The notes beneath the pieces were generated by a model, which saw only the letters and a program-made list of their open reading frames with translations, was not told where the DNA came from and did not search any database. From Rhynchopus sp. YZ270_cl-10 (Eukaryota), in assembly GCA_964035575.1 (NCBI GenBank), contig OZ037847.1:1550001-1614000 (forward strand): DNA of 64,000 nt, written 5' to 3'. This document shows positions 12,635-24,014 of this stretch, piece after piece; positions within the stretch are counted from its first letter, which is position 1, and each line of letters opens with the position of its first letter. The position numbers were made by a program, and so were the translations under genes.

Positions 12635-12910
12635 ATGCATCCGCCCCCTTTCCACTTTAACCATCTAGCCCTTTAGAACACTCACGACTTTCTCATTTGT
12701 ACACAGCATACAACACATAGCATCACCTCCCGCCCTTGCAATCTTTACACTTTACCACCCCTCGAAAATCCTTCCCATCACACTACCTCACACTACCCCA
12801 GGAGAACCGTGTACTCTGTGCACACCCCTCCCTCAACATAAGTAGCAGACGTGTTTGCATATCCAACATAGAGGGACGCTTTTGCATACCTTTTGACCGT
12901 GCCCCTTTCA

Positions 12911-13816
12911 ATGTCCTCTAGGGGCTCGAGGGGGCGTGGTGGTGGTGGTGGTGGTAGTGTGTCGCAACGTGGCAGTGGTGCGGGGAGTGGCCGTGGCCGC
13001 AGTGCGAACAATAAGGAAGGGAAGGGGCGGCGTGAGAACGATGACAACAACAACGCCGAACCCGACTGGACGGAGCCACACCAGGCCACATGGGGTGATG
13101 CGCCAGCCAAAGCGAAGACGCGGGTCACGCAGGATGTGGCGCAGGGTGAGGCATATAACGCGCGCTCGCGGAAGCAGGCAGTGAAGCGTGTTGACAGAGA
13201 CAAGCAAGAGAAGGTGCGTGAGGCGAGCCACGACTATTCCTATACGAGCTATAAGAAGGAAGGTCCGAGGGTGCGGGAGCAGCATGTGCAGCAGCAGCAG
13301 CAGCAGCGGCCACTGCGCGACGACTGGGAGGCGAAGGGCAGGCAAGAGTACGGTGCTTGGGAGAAGCCGGAGGAGTCACGTCAGCTGCCGCCGTACACAA
13401 ATGCGCAGAGTGTGGTGTATGAGCAAAAGTGGTCGCAGGTGCCGACAGCACAGAACTACGACCGAAGGGACGTCGTGAAGCCACAGGAGCGTGAGCGTGC
13501 CCTCGTCGTCGACAGCGACTCGGATGAGGGCGGCGGTTGGTGTGACGAAGAGTTCACCGTCACCCGACAGGGCCAGCGAAATAAACTAGTCTTCGAAACA
13601 CCGCCCACCCACAGCGCCGCCCCACCACAAGCACCACCCCGCTTCCAAACCAAGCTCTTCGAGCAAGGCCCCCCAGCAGCGATAGTGCCCGTCGCGCAGG
13701 AGTGGCAGAAATCATTCTCGGGGAGAACGCAGCGCCAGCCGCAGCAGTACACTAAGCAGGTTGTGCAGCAGAGCCCACAGGAGGAGCAGGGTGCGCGGTA
13801 CGCCCCTCCGCAGCAG

Positions 13817-13848
<32 letters not shown>

Positions 13849-14680
13849 GGTTGTGCAACAAAACCAGTACCAACTTCGGCAGCAGCAACAACAACACCAA
13901 CACCAACAACAACAACAACAACAGCAACCACACCAGCAGCAACATCAGCATCAGCAACAGCATCAGCAATTGCCCCAGGTGTCCCAGCAGGTGCAGTACC
14001 AACAAGCGCCACAACGCACGCAGATGCAGCCGCCACCCCCACCGCAGCAGCAGCAGCAGCAGATTCACCACCAGCCACGACCGTCACCACCAGTACAACA
14101 CACACAACCGCCACACCAAGCACACCACCACGAGCAGTACTACCAACAGGAGGCGCTCCCCACAGCGTACTCCGCTGTGCGTGAGGACGCACCCCCACCC
14201 TCTGCCTACGCCGCCCCCGCAGCACCCGTCTCCATGCACATCGTTGCCAAGAGTAACGTCACTGCGCACCCAGCGCCTGAGCCCACACCCGCAGCACCGG
14301 AGACACGCAGCCCCAACACGGAAGCTGTGCAGCCCACAGCGCCGAGAGGCATCATCCGCATCCCTGAGTCGTCACGCAGTGACCTTGCTGCAGCGATACG
14401 AAGGCATCAAAGCAAAGATGAGCCTGTCGTACAGCAGATGGCGCCCCAGCAGAGCCACCACCAACACCAACAACAACATCAACATCAGCAACAACACCAA
14501 CAGCATCAGCAACATCAACACCAACAGCCGCAACAGCAACAGCAACAACAGCAGCAGCAGCAGCAGTACCACCAAGAGGCCCAGCAGGCTGCCTTCCCAC
14601 ACCCCTCACAGTACCAACAGCAGCAGCAACCACAGCAGCAGCAACAAATATCACACCAGCAACACCACCACCAACAACAA

Positions 14681-14712
<32 letters not shown>

Positions 14713-16383
14713 ACACCAGCACCAACAGCAACAGCAACCACAACAACACCAGCAGCCAAAGCCCCAAGATTCGCACGAAAGCCGGAGAAAGCTTGAAACC
14801 CTCAACACGCCCCTCTCCGCAAGCCTCGTTGTGCCGTCGGCTGTCGGAGGCAACTACCGCCTTGGCCCGAACGTGCACGGTGCCATCGGGAGCACACGCA
14901 GCCAGGGCAGTGCGGGACAGAGTGAGGGACATTGGAACCCGACGAGCCCTTCCTTGGGCCAGCCGTCGGCACTGCAGAAGCAGCTTCTGGGGGAGAACGG
15001 CGAGCCGTCACAGCCCTCGAAGCCGTTGAACATGGAGGGCAGCGACAGCGAGGGTGGCGAGGTTGCAGACAAGAACCAAATGGACGACGACAACGGCGGC
15101 AACTCATGGGCGGACATCGCACGCCCGTTGAAGTCCCTGCACTCTGCACCCATCTCCTCCCACAGGGAGTACAAGCCGGGTATGTCCTGGGCCGACGAGG
15201 GTGAGGCTGAGGACGAAATCTCGGAGTACAGAGACCCGCACCACGCTGCTGCTGCTGCTGCTGCGCACAAGGACCCTGACCTACCGGACCTGCCCGACAC
15301 ACCGACGTGGCCGGATGGACTGTACGTGTCGTCGAACTTCATCACCGCTGAGTATGCCCGGTTCCCTTTCCTCCCACTATTGCCGCCACTGCACTCAATG
15401 TGCAGGTTGAGGCATTCACCTTTAAATCCTTATACCACACCAAAGTGGGCTATACTCCGTTGAGGCGGTACCCACTCTAAATCTGTTATTAAACCACACC
15501 ACACACCACACCACAGCGAGGAGGCGACGCTCATGGCATGGAAACGCTCCTCCTTCTCCATGTCGCGCACCTCACGCGACTACGGCTACCTGTACGACCC
15601 GCGCAAGGGCACGCTGTCACACAGAGGCAACCACGCGACACACATGCCCAACCTGCCCGTGGATGTGACAGAGGCAATGATGTGCTGTCTGGACATCCCA
15701 AGAGTGTCCGTTCCCACTCTTGTCGCACCGGTATGGAAGGATGCAATACGCCACACAACACGCCACACACCACAGAACCAGCTGACCGTCACAGAGCACC
15801 CCCGTGGGACCACTAGCGAGACAATGATGCACGACCCGCGCATATTCCAGCACAGAGTGTCGGTATGTGCTCATATGTCCAATATGGCTAACGCAAGGCT
15901 TAGGGACATCCTACAAACCTTTCCCTCATTTTTTCACCTACGTCCGTGTTTGCACTTCAAACGCCGTTTTGTTGAGACATAATGCGCACACAAAACCAAC
16001 CAACAGATTCTCTCCCTCGGCGCTGACTGCATCATGGACCTCTCACCGCTCCCACGCGCAACGTGCAGAGCCAAGTCTGTGCGGATCAAAAAGCGTAGTT
16101 TGGTTGTTCTCTCAGGCAGCGCGCACAGAGACTTTACCTTCAGCATTCGTGAGGTGTGTACAGACATATCAAGCACAGACACCATTCATGCATTGCACAC
16201 CGACACACCCACGTTAACAACAAATCTCAAAACACAGGAGCCGACACGTGCCCAGGAGCAGGACAGAGTCTCGCTTTGCTTCAGACACGTGAGAAGCAGC
16301 GTTGCTCAGGAGGCGGAGGTATGTTAAATTTATCAAAAAAAACCTCCTCTACCTTCCCCTCCTTGATACAGCTTGCGGCATAG
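12911..16383 (+). CDS. Six-exon protein: RG-rich N-terminus, long Q/H-rich disordered region and C-terminal AlkB-like (2OG-Fe(II) fold) domain with degenerate metal ligands
   Basis: Exons 12911-15351, 15517-15730, 15776-15862, 16007-16153, 16238-16318, 16372-16383, all joined in frame at GT...CAG. Spliced C-terminus reads GLYVSSNFITADEEATL..RDYGYLYD..PNQLTVTEH..ILSLGADCIMDL..RSLVVLSGSAHRDFTFSI..RVSLCFRHV, matching the ALKBH8-type motif order. Confidence 0.8.
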
Positions 16384-18836
16384 TGCGTTGAGCGGAGAGT
16401 GTCATCGGTTTTTTGGAGTCGTTTTAGACCCCTTTTTTGACAAAAAAAAATAATAGATGCAATTAGCAACAGCATCCACCCGATTTGGCCGGTAGCAACT
16501 TCTAGTACAAAGTGACAAACATACGGCAACCACCGGCAAACTGGGTCAAAATCAGGTGGAACATGTGTTTTTCTTTTTCTTTTTCTAGGTTCATCTCATA
16601 AACTTTCCCTCCCCCTTTTTTGCGCCATATCCCGCACAATCCACAACTCCATTTTTTTTTTTCTGTTCTAAAAATTAACGCGCTTTTTTTTTCTCTCTTG
16701 AGACAAGCCTTTTTGTAAAAAAAATTGAAAACGGTCCTCGAGTGGCGGTTGTATTGGGGTACGTACAGCAACGTTTACCCCCCTCACCCCCGGTTCGATA
16801 ATACGCGAGAGCACCAGGGTACCACTATTGCGGTTGCACTTTTCAAAACTTCTCTTTTTTGCGTTTTCCTGTTTCCACGATATCAACGCTTTTTTTCTCT
16901 CTTTTTTTTTTTGCAACGCATTTGCTAATTCCAGACACAGTCAGCTGATCAAAGTGACTAAGCACGAGAGGCTTAGGGTCATCTTGTAACCTTTTCTTTT
17001 TTGCCGACCGATCCAAAAAAAAGAGGGAACTCGAAGGTCCCTCTCTTGAAGCGTGTGTATGGGGGTTACTCTATGCACACAGCCTTCACCCACTCCCCAT
17101 TGAACACCAACGTGCAGTCTGTGTACTCAGAAGTTGTCCACCTTGCCTCCCGTTTCATGTTCATGGCATTAAACCCACGACCCTCCCATTCTTCCTTGTG
17201 ATATATTAATGGTTGTGTTGTTTGTTAAGATGTGTATGTTCTGCGAGACATGTTTGTCTTCAAGTTCTTTTTTTTTTAAATAGTGTGGCGGAGGTTTGTT
17301 GAGTTTTGCAAGAAGGTTCCGTTTCATTTAAATAGGGTTTGCATTTCAGGTATGGACAACTCTCTTTGCGATGTCCATCGTGATCTGTGTGTTAGAAAAA
17401 TTGCCTCATGGGTAAACGTCTGAACGAAGTACGACCCCATTTGCTTCTCTTTCATCGCACCATTTGTGAAGGTACTTATGTGTTACTTTCCCTATGTTTT
17501 TTTTTTTTTTTTTTTTGATAATTGGCTCAGTGGAGCTGCCAGACAGCCTTAAATATTTTTATCCCCCTCCCCACAGCAACTTGTTTAATTAAACCCCCAT
17601 GTTTTCGATTCCCCAACCCTGCATCAGACTTCATTAGCGTCTCCAATGATCCTTTCATTCCATCTGACCGATGAGTGGAAGCGGGAGTAGGGCACATCAG
17701 ATGTAAACCACGAAATGGATGTAGGACTACATGACTGGGGTTCCACCCCACGGTGCACCCGGTCATACACTGTTCACGAGAGGGCTTTGTATTTCAATTC
17801 CAATTTGATTTTTGCTGTCTCTCTCGTTGTTTACTTAAATTATTTTGTCTTTCATCCATGGCTGGCATCGTACGTGGGTCTATTATTTACTGCTGAAGTA
17901 ATTTTCCCCTCGGCTACAGCAAGCGTTTGCATCATCCTCAAGCTGCCATGTGGAAGGGCGGCCATTTCTGCTTTTCTCAGAGCACCATCCTCCACTGTGA
18001 CACTTCCTCCCCTCCCCTCGCTTGGGTAGAATCCTTTGGTAACCTTGACAAAAAAAAATGCATTTCAAACTTCAAATAATGCAAACCCTTTAATTAGTTG
18101 TGCAGAATACGTGAGAGTGGGGGGGGGGGGGGGGTGGGGATTTGTGTAATTTGCCAAGCTTTTTTTTAAAAAGAATTGGTCTTAATCATTTTTAGAAAGG
18201 GGTGTAATGTGATGCAGTACTCCAAGAAACTTGGTGTCCAAATAAGTGCGGATTTGCGGGTTTTTTTGGGTAATTTGGCGTCTTTTTTTGGATGACAAAC
18301 CTAGTTGGAGTACTGTAACGCATGCACCTTGGGAAGGGGTCGATACGGTCAACAATACTGGTAGATGTCTGTGGGGTACGTAAACCCCCGTAGAGAGCGT
18401 AGTGCACCAAGAACGGTGCTCTTTCCTGATTATTCCTGAAAAAAAAAAACCAAAAGTATCTCTGAACGAAATGAACACGTGCTATCATTTTTCCAGGCTT
18501 CCAGGAAAGTAATTAATGAGGCGCATGAGCGTAGGGAAAAAAAGCAAAAAAGAAAGCAGCCCACATCCAAAGAAAACTCAAACCCAAACAACATCGTTGA
18601 GAAATCAACGCTTTTTTTTTTAAAGTCATGCCATTTTTTTTTTTGTTTTATTATTGGGGCAGGGGGGGGCCAAAAAGACGATAGTTTTAAAGTCTTTTGG
18701 GACGTATTAACAGAAACGAAATGAACACGGTCATTCCCCTTCCTCTGTTTGCTTTTTTCTACAAGCACGACACAATTTGCACCCCACACCCTACATCGAA
18801 ACCACAGCAAACCTAAATACACACCACCACACAACA

Positions 18837-19151
18837 ATGGCCGCCGCTGCCGCTAGAGAGCTCGCCAAGCCTTTTGGTGCTGACGTTGCGTCCGGGAAGG
18901 TGCTGATCTTCAGCAAGTCGTACTGCCCCTACTGCGTGAAGGTGAAGGACCTGTTCAAGTCTGTCGGAGCTGACTTCAAGGTTGTTGAGCTGGACAAGAT
19001 CTCGAACGGCTCTGATGTGCAGGCAAAGCTTGCCCAGGCGACGGGACAGCGCACAGTGCCGAACGTCATCATCGGTGACAAGCACATCGGCGGATGCGAC
19101 GACACGCAGGCACTGCACAAGAGCGGCCAACTCAAGAAGCTTGTCGCGTAA
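18837..19151 (+). CDS. GRX: Dithiol glutaredoxin (CPYC), copy 1
   Basis: IFSKSYCPYC, QRTVPNV and IGGCDD motifs; ATG at 18837. Confidence 0.95.
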   Translation: MAAAAARELAKPFGADVASGKVLIFSKSYCPYCVKVKDLFKSVGADFKVVELDKISNGSDVQAKLAQATGQRTVPNVIIGDKHIGGCDDTQALHKSGQLKKLVA

Positions 19152-19566
19152 ACACTTTTTAACTGCTGCAGAGTACAAAATAACCATGCTCCCCAGGATT
19201 TTTTTTGATTTTTTTTTTTTTTTTTTTGAAAACATGAAAAGAAAATGCTTTTTTAGGGGGGCCTAAGGAAAAATCCTTTCCCCTCTCGCTAGCTCGGGAT
19301 TGGGGTTTCGTCCATGAGGAACAAAAAAACACAATAATGAAAGCGATAAGCGTAGAGAGGTGATAAAAAGGACCCCACGCTTTGTCAAATTCTCAACACA
19401 AATGATACACCACACCCCTTTTTTTCCCTCCATATCCATAACTACTCTCCTGGAAGTACAACGCTCTTCCATAACCCATGCATTCCGGAAGCACACATGA
19501 CACTCCACTTTACCTTTCCGCCATCTATCTTCACAGAATCTTTACAAAACCAACACCGACCAACAC

Positions 19567-19875
19567 ATGTCTGTTGCAGCAGCAGCGAGAGCCCTGGCAA
19601 AGCCATTTGGCAGCGACGCAGCGAAGGTGCTGATCTTCAGCAAGTCGTACTGCCCCTACTGTGCGGACGTGAAGCAGGTGTTCAAGGCTGCCAATGCTGA
19701 CTACAAGGTTGTTGAGTTGGACCAGGTGTCAAACGGCTCTGCTGTACAGTCACAGCTCGCACAGATCACAGGGCAGCGTACAGTGCCGAATGTCATCATC
19801 GGCGACAAGCACGTCGGTGGATGCGACGACACACTAGCGCTCCAGAGGAGTGGTCAGCTCAAGGCCCTCCTCTGA
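19567..19875 (+). CDS. GRX: Dithiol glutaredoxin (CPYC), tandem paralog
   Basis: IFSKSYCPYC, QRTVPNV and VGGCDD motifs; closely similar to 18837-19151. Confidence 0.95.
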   Translation: MSVAAAARALAKPFGSDAAKVLIFSKSYCPYCADVKQVFKAANADYKVVELDQVSNGSAVQSQLAQITGQRTVPNVIIGDKHVGGCDDTLALQRSGQLKALL

Positions 19876-20190
19876 TGTCTTGAGGTGGAATACACCTACT
19901 TGGTAAGAGCGGTTTTGCGTGCAGCGTTGATGCGTTGATGTGCCTTGGCAGGCAATGACAGAGCGGTATGTTGTGTCCGTGGTAGGGGAATGGCGGTGCG
20001 GTATCGTGAAAGGCCAGCTCGGTAGGAGGACTGCGTCTCGCATTTAAGATGTTTCGTCGTTTTTAGAGTGCGAGTAACAGAAGATGAATAGCCCCTACCC
20101 TGTTTGATTTTGATGATGTGTACCTCTCCCCACCACCACCACCACCACCACTCAGTGAACATATTTCTTTTCTTTTTGCACTACTACAAG

Positions 20191-22689
20191 ATGAAGTTTT
20201 CCCTCATCATCACTCTGTCGTTCGCCATAGTGGTCGTGCTTGCAGTGGGTGCGATGTGGTTCCCTGCAGCAAAGGTTGCTTCCGCGTCGCTTCTGGAGGC
20301 GCGAGAGAACCAGCTGCTCGGCGTGAGCAAGCAGGTGACGGACCAGGCTGTCGGCTACTTCATGGCAGCGACGAAGGCGACCATCATCGTGAAGGAGCTG
20401 TTCGAGGCAAGCCTGCGCATCTCCCCTCACCAAGGCACACGCTACTTCATCAAGAACTATGCGACTGCCGTGTTCCACGCGCTGAAGCCCTACCCCTCTG
20501 TGGCCTCGTGCTGGGTGTCGCAGAAGCGTGACCCGCAGTACACCAACACAGACTGCAACCTGGACGTGGGGCTCATATCTCGTGTGTACGTCGCAGACGT
20601 GAACAACGAAACCACAGGCAACTACTCCGACTGTCCGTTTGGGCAGCTGCGTGAGTGCGACTCGAAGGCACGTCTCAACAAAATCGCAGGTGCCTCCAAC
20701 ATCACACACCCTTTGACTCTGGGGATCCGCCTTGCAGCCATCCCTTGCAAGTTTTGGATGCTCGCATCGACGAACGTGCTGTGGAACAACCTGCAGGTCA
20801 CTGCCAACCCTGCCACCGCGGATTCGCACGGTGTGGACGGGATTGTGTGGGGTCGTGGCTACCCTGCGACTGTCGGCTCCCCACCCACACAGGCTGTGTA
20901 CCATGGTGTGTTTGCCTCCACAGACACCGGACCGCCGTGGGCACCTAAGTCGGCCATGGTGCAGTGTGGTGTGCGCTTGTCGAAAACGCCCATATCCGTT
21001 GCTGGGGAGAAGGACCTGATTGACATTCTCTCAGCAGCGGTAGCTTTGGTGGACATTGACACAACGCTCTTTATTCTCACACCAAAGAAAAAGATCTTAG
21101 CCACGTCGGACTTTAACTTCATCCCCGAGGTCAAGAGAAATGACGGATTTATGCTTGGTCTTAAACGCTACGACAACTACACTGTGAGACCCGAGATCAC
21201 TGAAGTGTCGCAGTGGGTTGTGGACAGGCACTGCCAGTTCGCTGATGTAATCGGGCCTGGGCTCCTTCCCTGCAATTTCAGCTACATCCCTCAGCTGAAG
21301 ACCATTGGCAGCTACACAGTGGCCTTCAAGGTTCTTGACGACCCTTTGGCAAAAGGAAGTCTGGGCATGCTCCTTGTCACCATGGTCAAGACAGATGAAG
21401 TGCGCGAGCCGATCATGGAATTGAACATGCTGCTTGGTGTGATTGCAGGATGCACTCTTGTTGTGTGTTGCGCAGCTGCGTTTGGGTTTGGGATCAACTT
21501 TTCGACACCGATCTCGTCCTTCAGGGACAGGCTCTACCTTGCTACAGAGCTGAACGACCTGCAAGAGATCAGCGAGAACCCAGCGAGGAGCTTTGTCACG
21601 GAAATCGACGAAATGCACACAGCGTTGAGTGTGCTGGCTGGTGCCTTGCTTGCGTACAAATCCTTCCTCCCTGCCTCGTTTGATGCAAAGCAAGACGACG
21701 AGGCAGCCGACGATGAGGCGTCGACGCTTAATACCCTGGGACAGATCGCGAGTAGTCAGGGTGGAGGGGACACCACGAGTGTGAGGTCGTCAGGTCGGAC
21801 AAGCAAGTATTCTGTGTCAAGCAGGGATATGACGACTGGGAAAGAAAGCAAGAAGGACTGCAAGACAAGGGTGATGCAGAAGACAAAGTGCAGTCTTGAT
21901 ACAAAGAACGCGACAGCGCTGTTCATCAACTGCAAGGACTTCCATGCGAATGTCGGGAAGAACAACGGGGCCTACGTAGAGGAGGCGGGTCAGTTCATCT
22001 CGATGATTGTCTCCACATTGGGGCGAGGGTCCATTGAACGCTTCAACGGTGACCGCGTCTTCTGTGCGTGGAATGTTTCGATCAACTGTGCGAGACACAG
22101 AGAGGCTGCAGTGCCATCCGCAATAGGCATCAAGTTTCTGTACATAAGAACCTTTTCTTCCTATCAAGTGTTCAACAAGCCACTCTCGATGGGGATCGCC
22201 AGCGGACCCGTCTTCTGTGGAATCATCGGTTCAGCTGCCATGCGGTCCTTCAACATTGTTGGGAAACCTGTCGCTTTGAGTGCAAAGCTGTGTGACCTGG
22301 CAACACAGTGCTCGCATGCTGCATCTGGGACCATCTTCAGCGATGATAGGAACAGCACCTCTGTGAAGAGCTTGCACATCATCAATGTGGTCGGCGTCTA
22401 CAGCTTCCTGCAGCCACTCTGTGGGAAGGCAAGCAGCGTTGTGAGCGAGATCGTGGACATGGTGAGCAACGAGGAGTGGATGTACCAGGTGGACGACAAG
22501 TGGGAGTCCGTCATCCAGAGCTACTTGCAGGACATTGATTCACCTGTGGATTCCCTCACGAAGACAAAGTTCCCCGACGCCACTCGTTCAGCCGACCTGG
22601 CCTCCGTTGCCGCCGACAAAGACGTATTCAAGGCGTACTTCACCTTTGACCCAACAACGTTCCCTGCGAACCAAGCTAAGACAGTCTGA
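20191..22689 (+). CDS. Receptor-type class III adenylate/guanylate cyclase-like protein (TM - extracellular sensor - TM - HAMP-like - cyclase), catalytic residues degenerate
   Basis: N-terminal hydrophobic helix; second TM LLGVIAGCTLVVCCAAAFGFGI; HAMP-like segment ending YKSFLP; cyclase motifs IERFNGD and GIASGPVFCGIIG..RSFNIVG. Confidence 0.85.
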   Translation: MKFSLIITLSFAIVVVLAVGAMWFPAAKVASASLLEARENQLLGVSKQVTDQAVGYFMAATKATIIVKELFEASLRISPHQGTRYFIKNYATAVFHALKPYPSVASCWVSQKRDPQYTNTDCNLDVGLISRVYVADVNNETTGNYSDCPFGQLRECDSKARLNKIAGASNITHPLTLGIRLAAIPCKFWMLASTNVLWNNLQVTANPATADSHGVDGIVWGRGYPATVGSPPTQAVYHGVFASTDTGPPWAPKSAMVQCGVRLSKTPISVAGEKDLIDILSAAVALVDIDTTLFILTPKKKILATSDFNFIPEVKRNDGFMLGLKRYDNYTVRPEITEVSQWVVDRHCQFADVIGPGLLPCNFSYIPQLKTIGSYTVAFKVLDDPLAKGSLGMLLVTMVKTDEVREPIMELNMLLGVIAGCTLVVCCAAAFGFGINFSTPISSFRDRLYLATELNDLQEISENPARSFVTEIDEMHTALSVLAGALLAYKSFLPASFDAKQDDEAADDEASTLNTLGQIASSQGGGDTTSVRSSGRTSKYSVSSRDMTTGKESKKDCKTRVMQKTKCSLDTKNATALFINCKDFHANVGKNNGAYVEEAGQFISMIVSTLGRGSIERFNGDRVFCAWNVSINCARHREAAVPSAIGIKFLYIRTFSSYQVFNKPLSMGIASGPVFCGIIGSAAMRSFNIVGKPVALSAKLCDLATQCSHAASGTIFSDDRNSTSVKSLHIINVVGVYSFLQPLCGKASSVVSEIVDMVSNEEWMYQVDDKWESVIQSYLQDIDSPVDSLTKTKFPDATRSADLASVAADKDVFKAYFTFDPTTFPANQAKTV

Positions 22690-23865
22690 TGATTTCGCGA
22701 AGTGCTGCAGCGCTTGTTTCCGAACTGAGTGCCTTCCCCCTCCCAATTTCAACAGAAGGAGAGTTAACCTTCGAACACCATTACACGTCCGTGCTGTTTC
22801 TTGCGTGCTTTTATTGATTTCTCCTTGCTTTTGTTATGGTATGCAATGGGCGATGGGAATGAACCACTTCTCAACCTCTGTTTAAATGGTGAATGCCTAA
22901 GTTCCAACCTATCAGTGTTAAAAGAAGACACACAAATAGTCTGTCCAGTGAGATTGTATCAGGCAGGTTCGAACATTCATTAGGCATATTAGCGTGTATC
23001 CGAGAAGGACTTTGAGTGTGCACGCGGGACAGTATTCACCATTTTTAGGTTACTTTTTACCAGAGCTTTAGGACTTGCCTTGCAATAATTTGTCTGCCTG
23101 TACACTTTGTTTTATTGTTTTTTTTTTTTCCTCTCTTTTTTTTTCTTCTTTTTATTTTCGGAAATATTGTCCCTCTGCACAAATCCTACAGCGACGTTGG
23201 AAATATGGGTTCTATATTTTCGGCTACTTTACAGCCAATTTTGCATGTACCGGGTAATATTATAATATTTGGCACAGAAATATTAGAATGTACACAAATC
23301 GTGGGTAAAATCCGAAATAGAAATATTATAATTTTTTCGGCCAAAAAAAAAATTTTTTTGACCATGTCGCAGAGTGAAAAATAGACCGAAATTTTCGATT
23401 TTGGTGTTGCAAAATTTTTCGAAAATCCTGAAAAGTGCTCAAAAACACGTGAAAACACATGTATAGGCACCCCATATGGGCCCAGCATTGCCCAGGCTTG
23501 GTGAAAATTTTTCCTGCATGGGGGCCCTCCGGGCCCCCAGGAACCATTGCGACCCGATTGGTTCACGTTACTGAAAAATTTGGTCCCTAAGACACACACG
23601 TGGTTAACATACCCCTGAAAAACACCCTACATCCACATACCGATCAACGTCCCAAAGTGACAAAGTGTTCCAGCTACCCCCATCCCCCACGTCGGTAAAT
23701 ATCATCATATAAATGAATCTGAACCCCTCTCCTTCCAGCACACCAACATACACATTTTGACACACAAGATACAACTGAACCATAACAGGGGTTTTTTGAC
23801 ACACAGAATACGGCTCGGGAAGCGGATTTGTGCGTCGGGACAATATTACCGAAAATGAAAATATG

Positions 23866-24014
23866 AATTTTCTGGAAATATAGCACCATATTTCCTTCGG
23901 TACCCCCAATGCTGCTTCGGTCGACGATTTCCCTCGCCTTCGGCTCGGGAAATCGTATCCCTCAGCAGCATTGGGGGTACCTCAGGAAATATGAGTACTA
24001 TATTTCCAGAAAAA
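23866..24014 (-). repeat. Long imperfect hairpin with four tandem G.A mismatches and a GAA triloop on the minus strand
   Basis: Arms TTTCTGGAAATATAG..GGTACCCCCAATGCTGC..GATTTCCC and GGGAAATC..GCAGCATTGGGGGTACC..CTATATTTCCAGAAA; loop TTC at 23939-23941. Confidence 0.85.

Noticed and set aside
13712..15029. Overlapping poly-L/C/A/S/N ORFs
   Set aside because: Alternative-frame and antisense shadows of the CAG/CAA poly-Q coding region.
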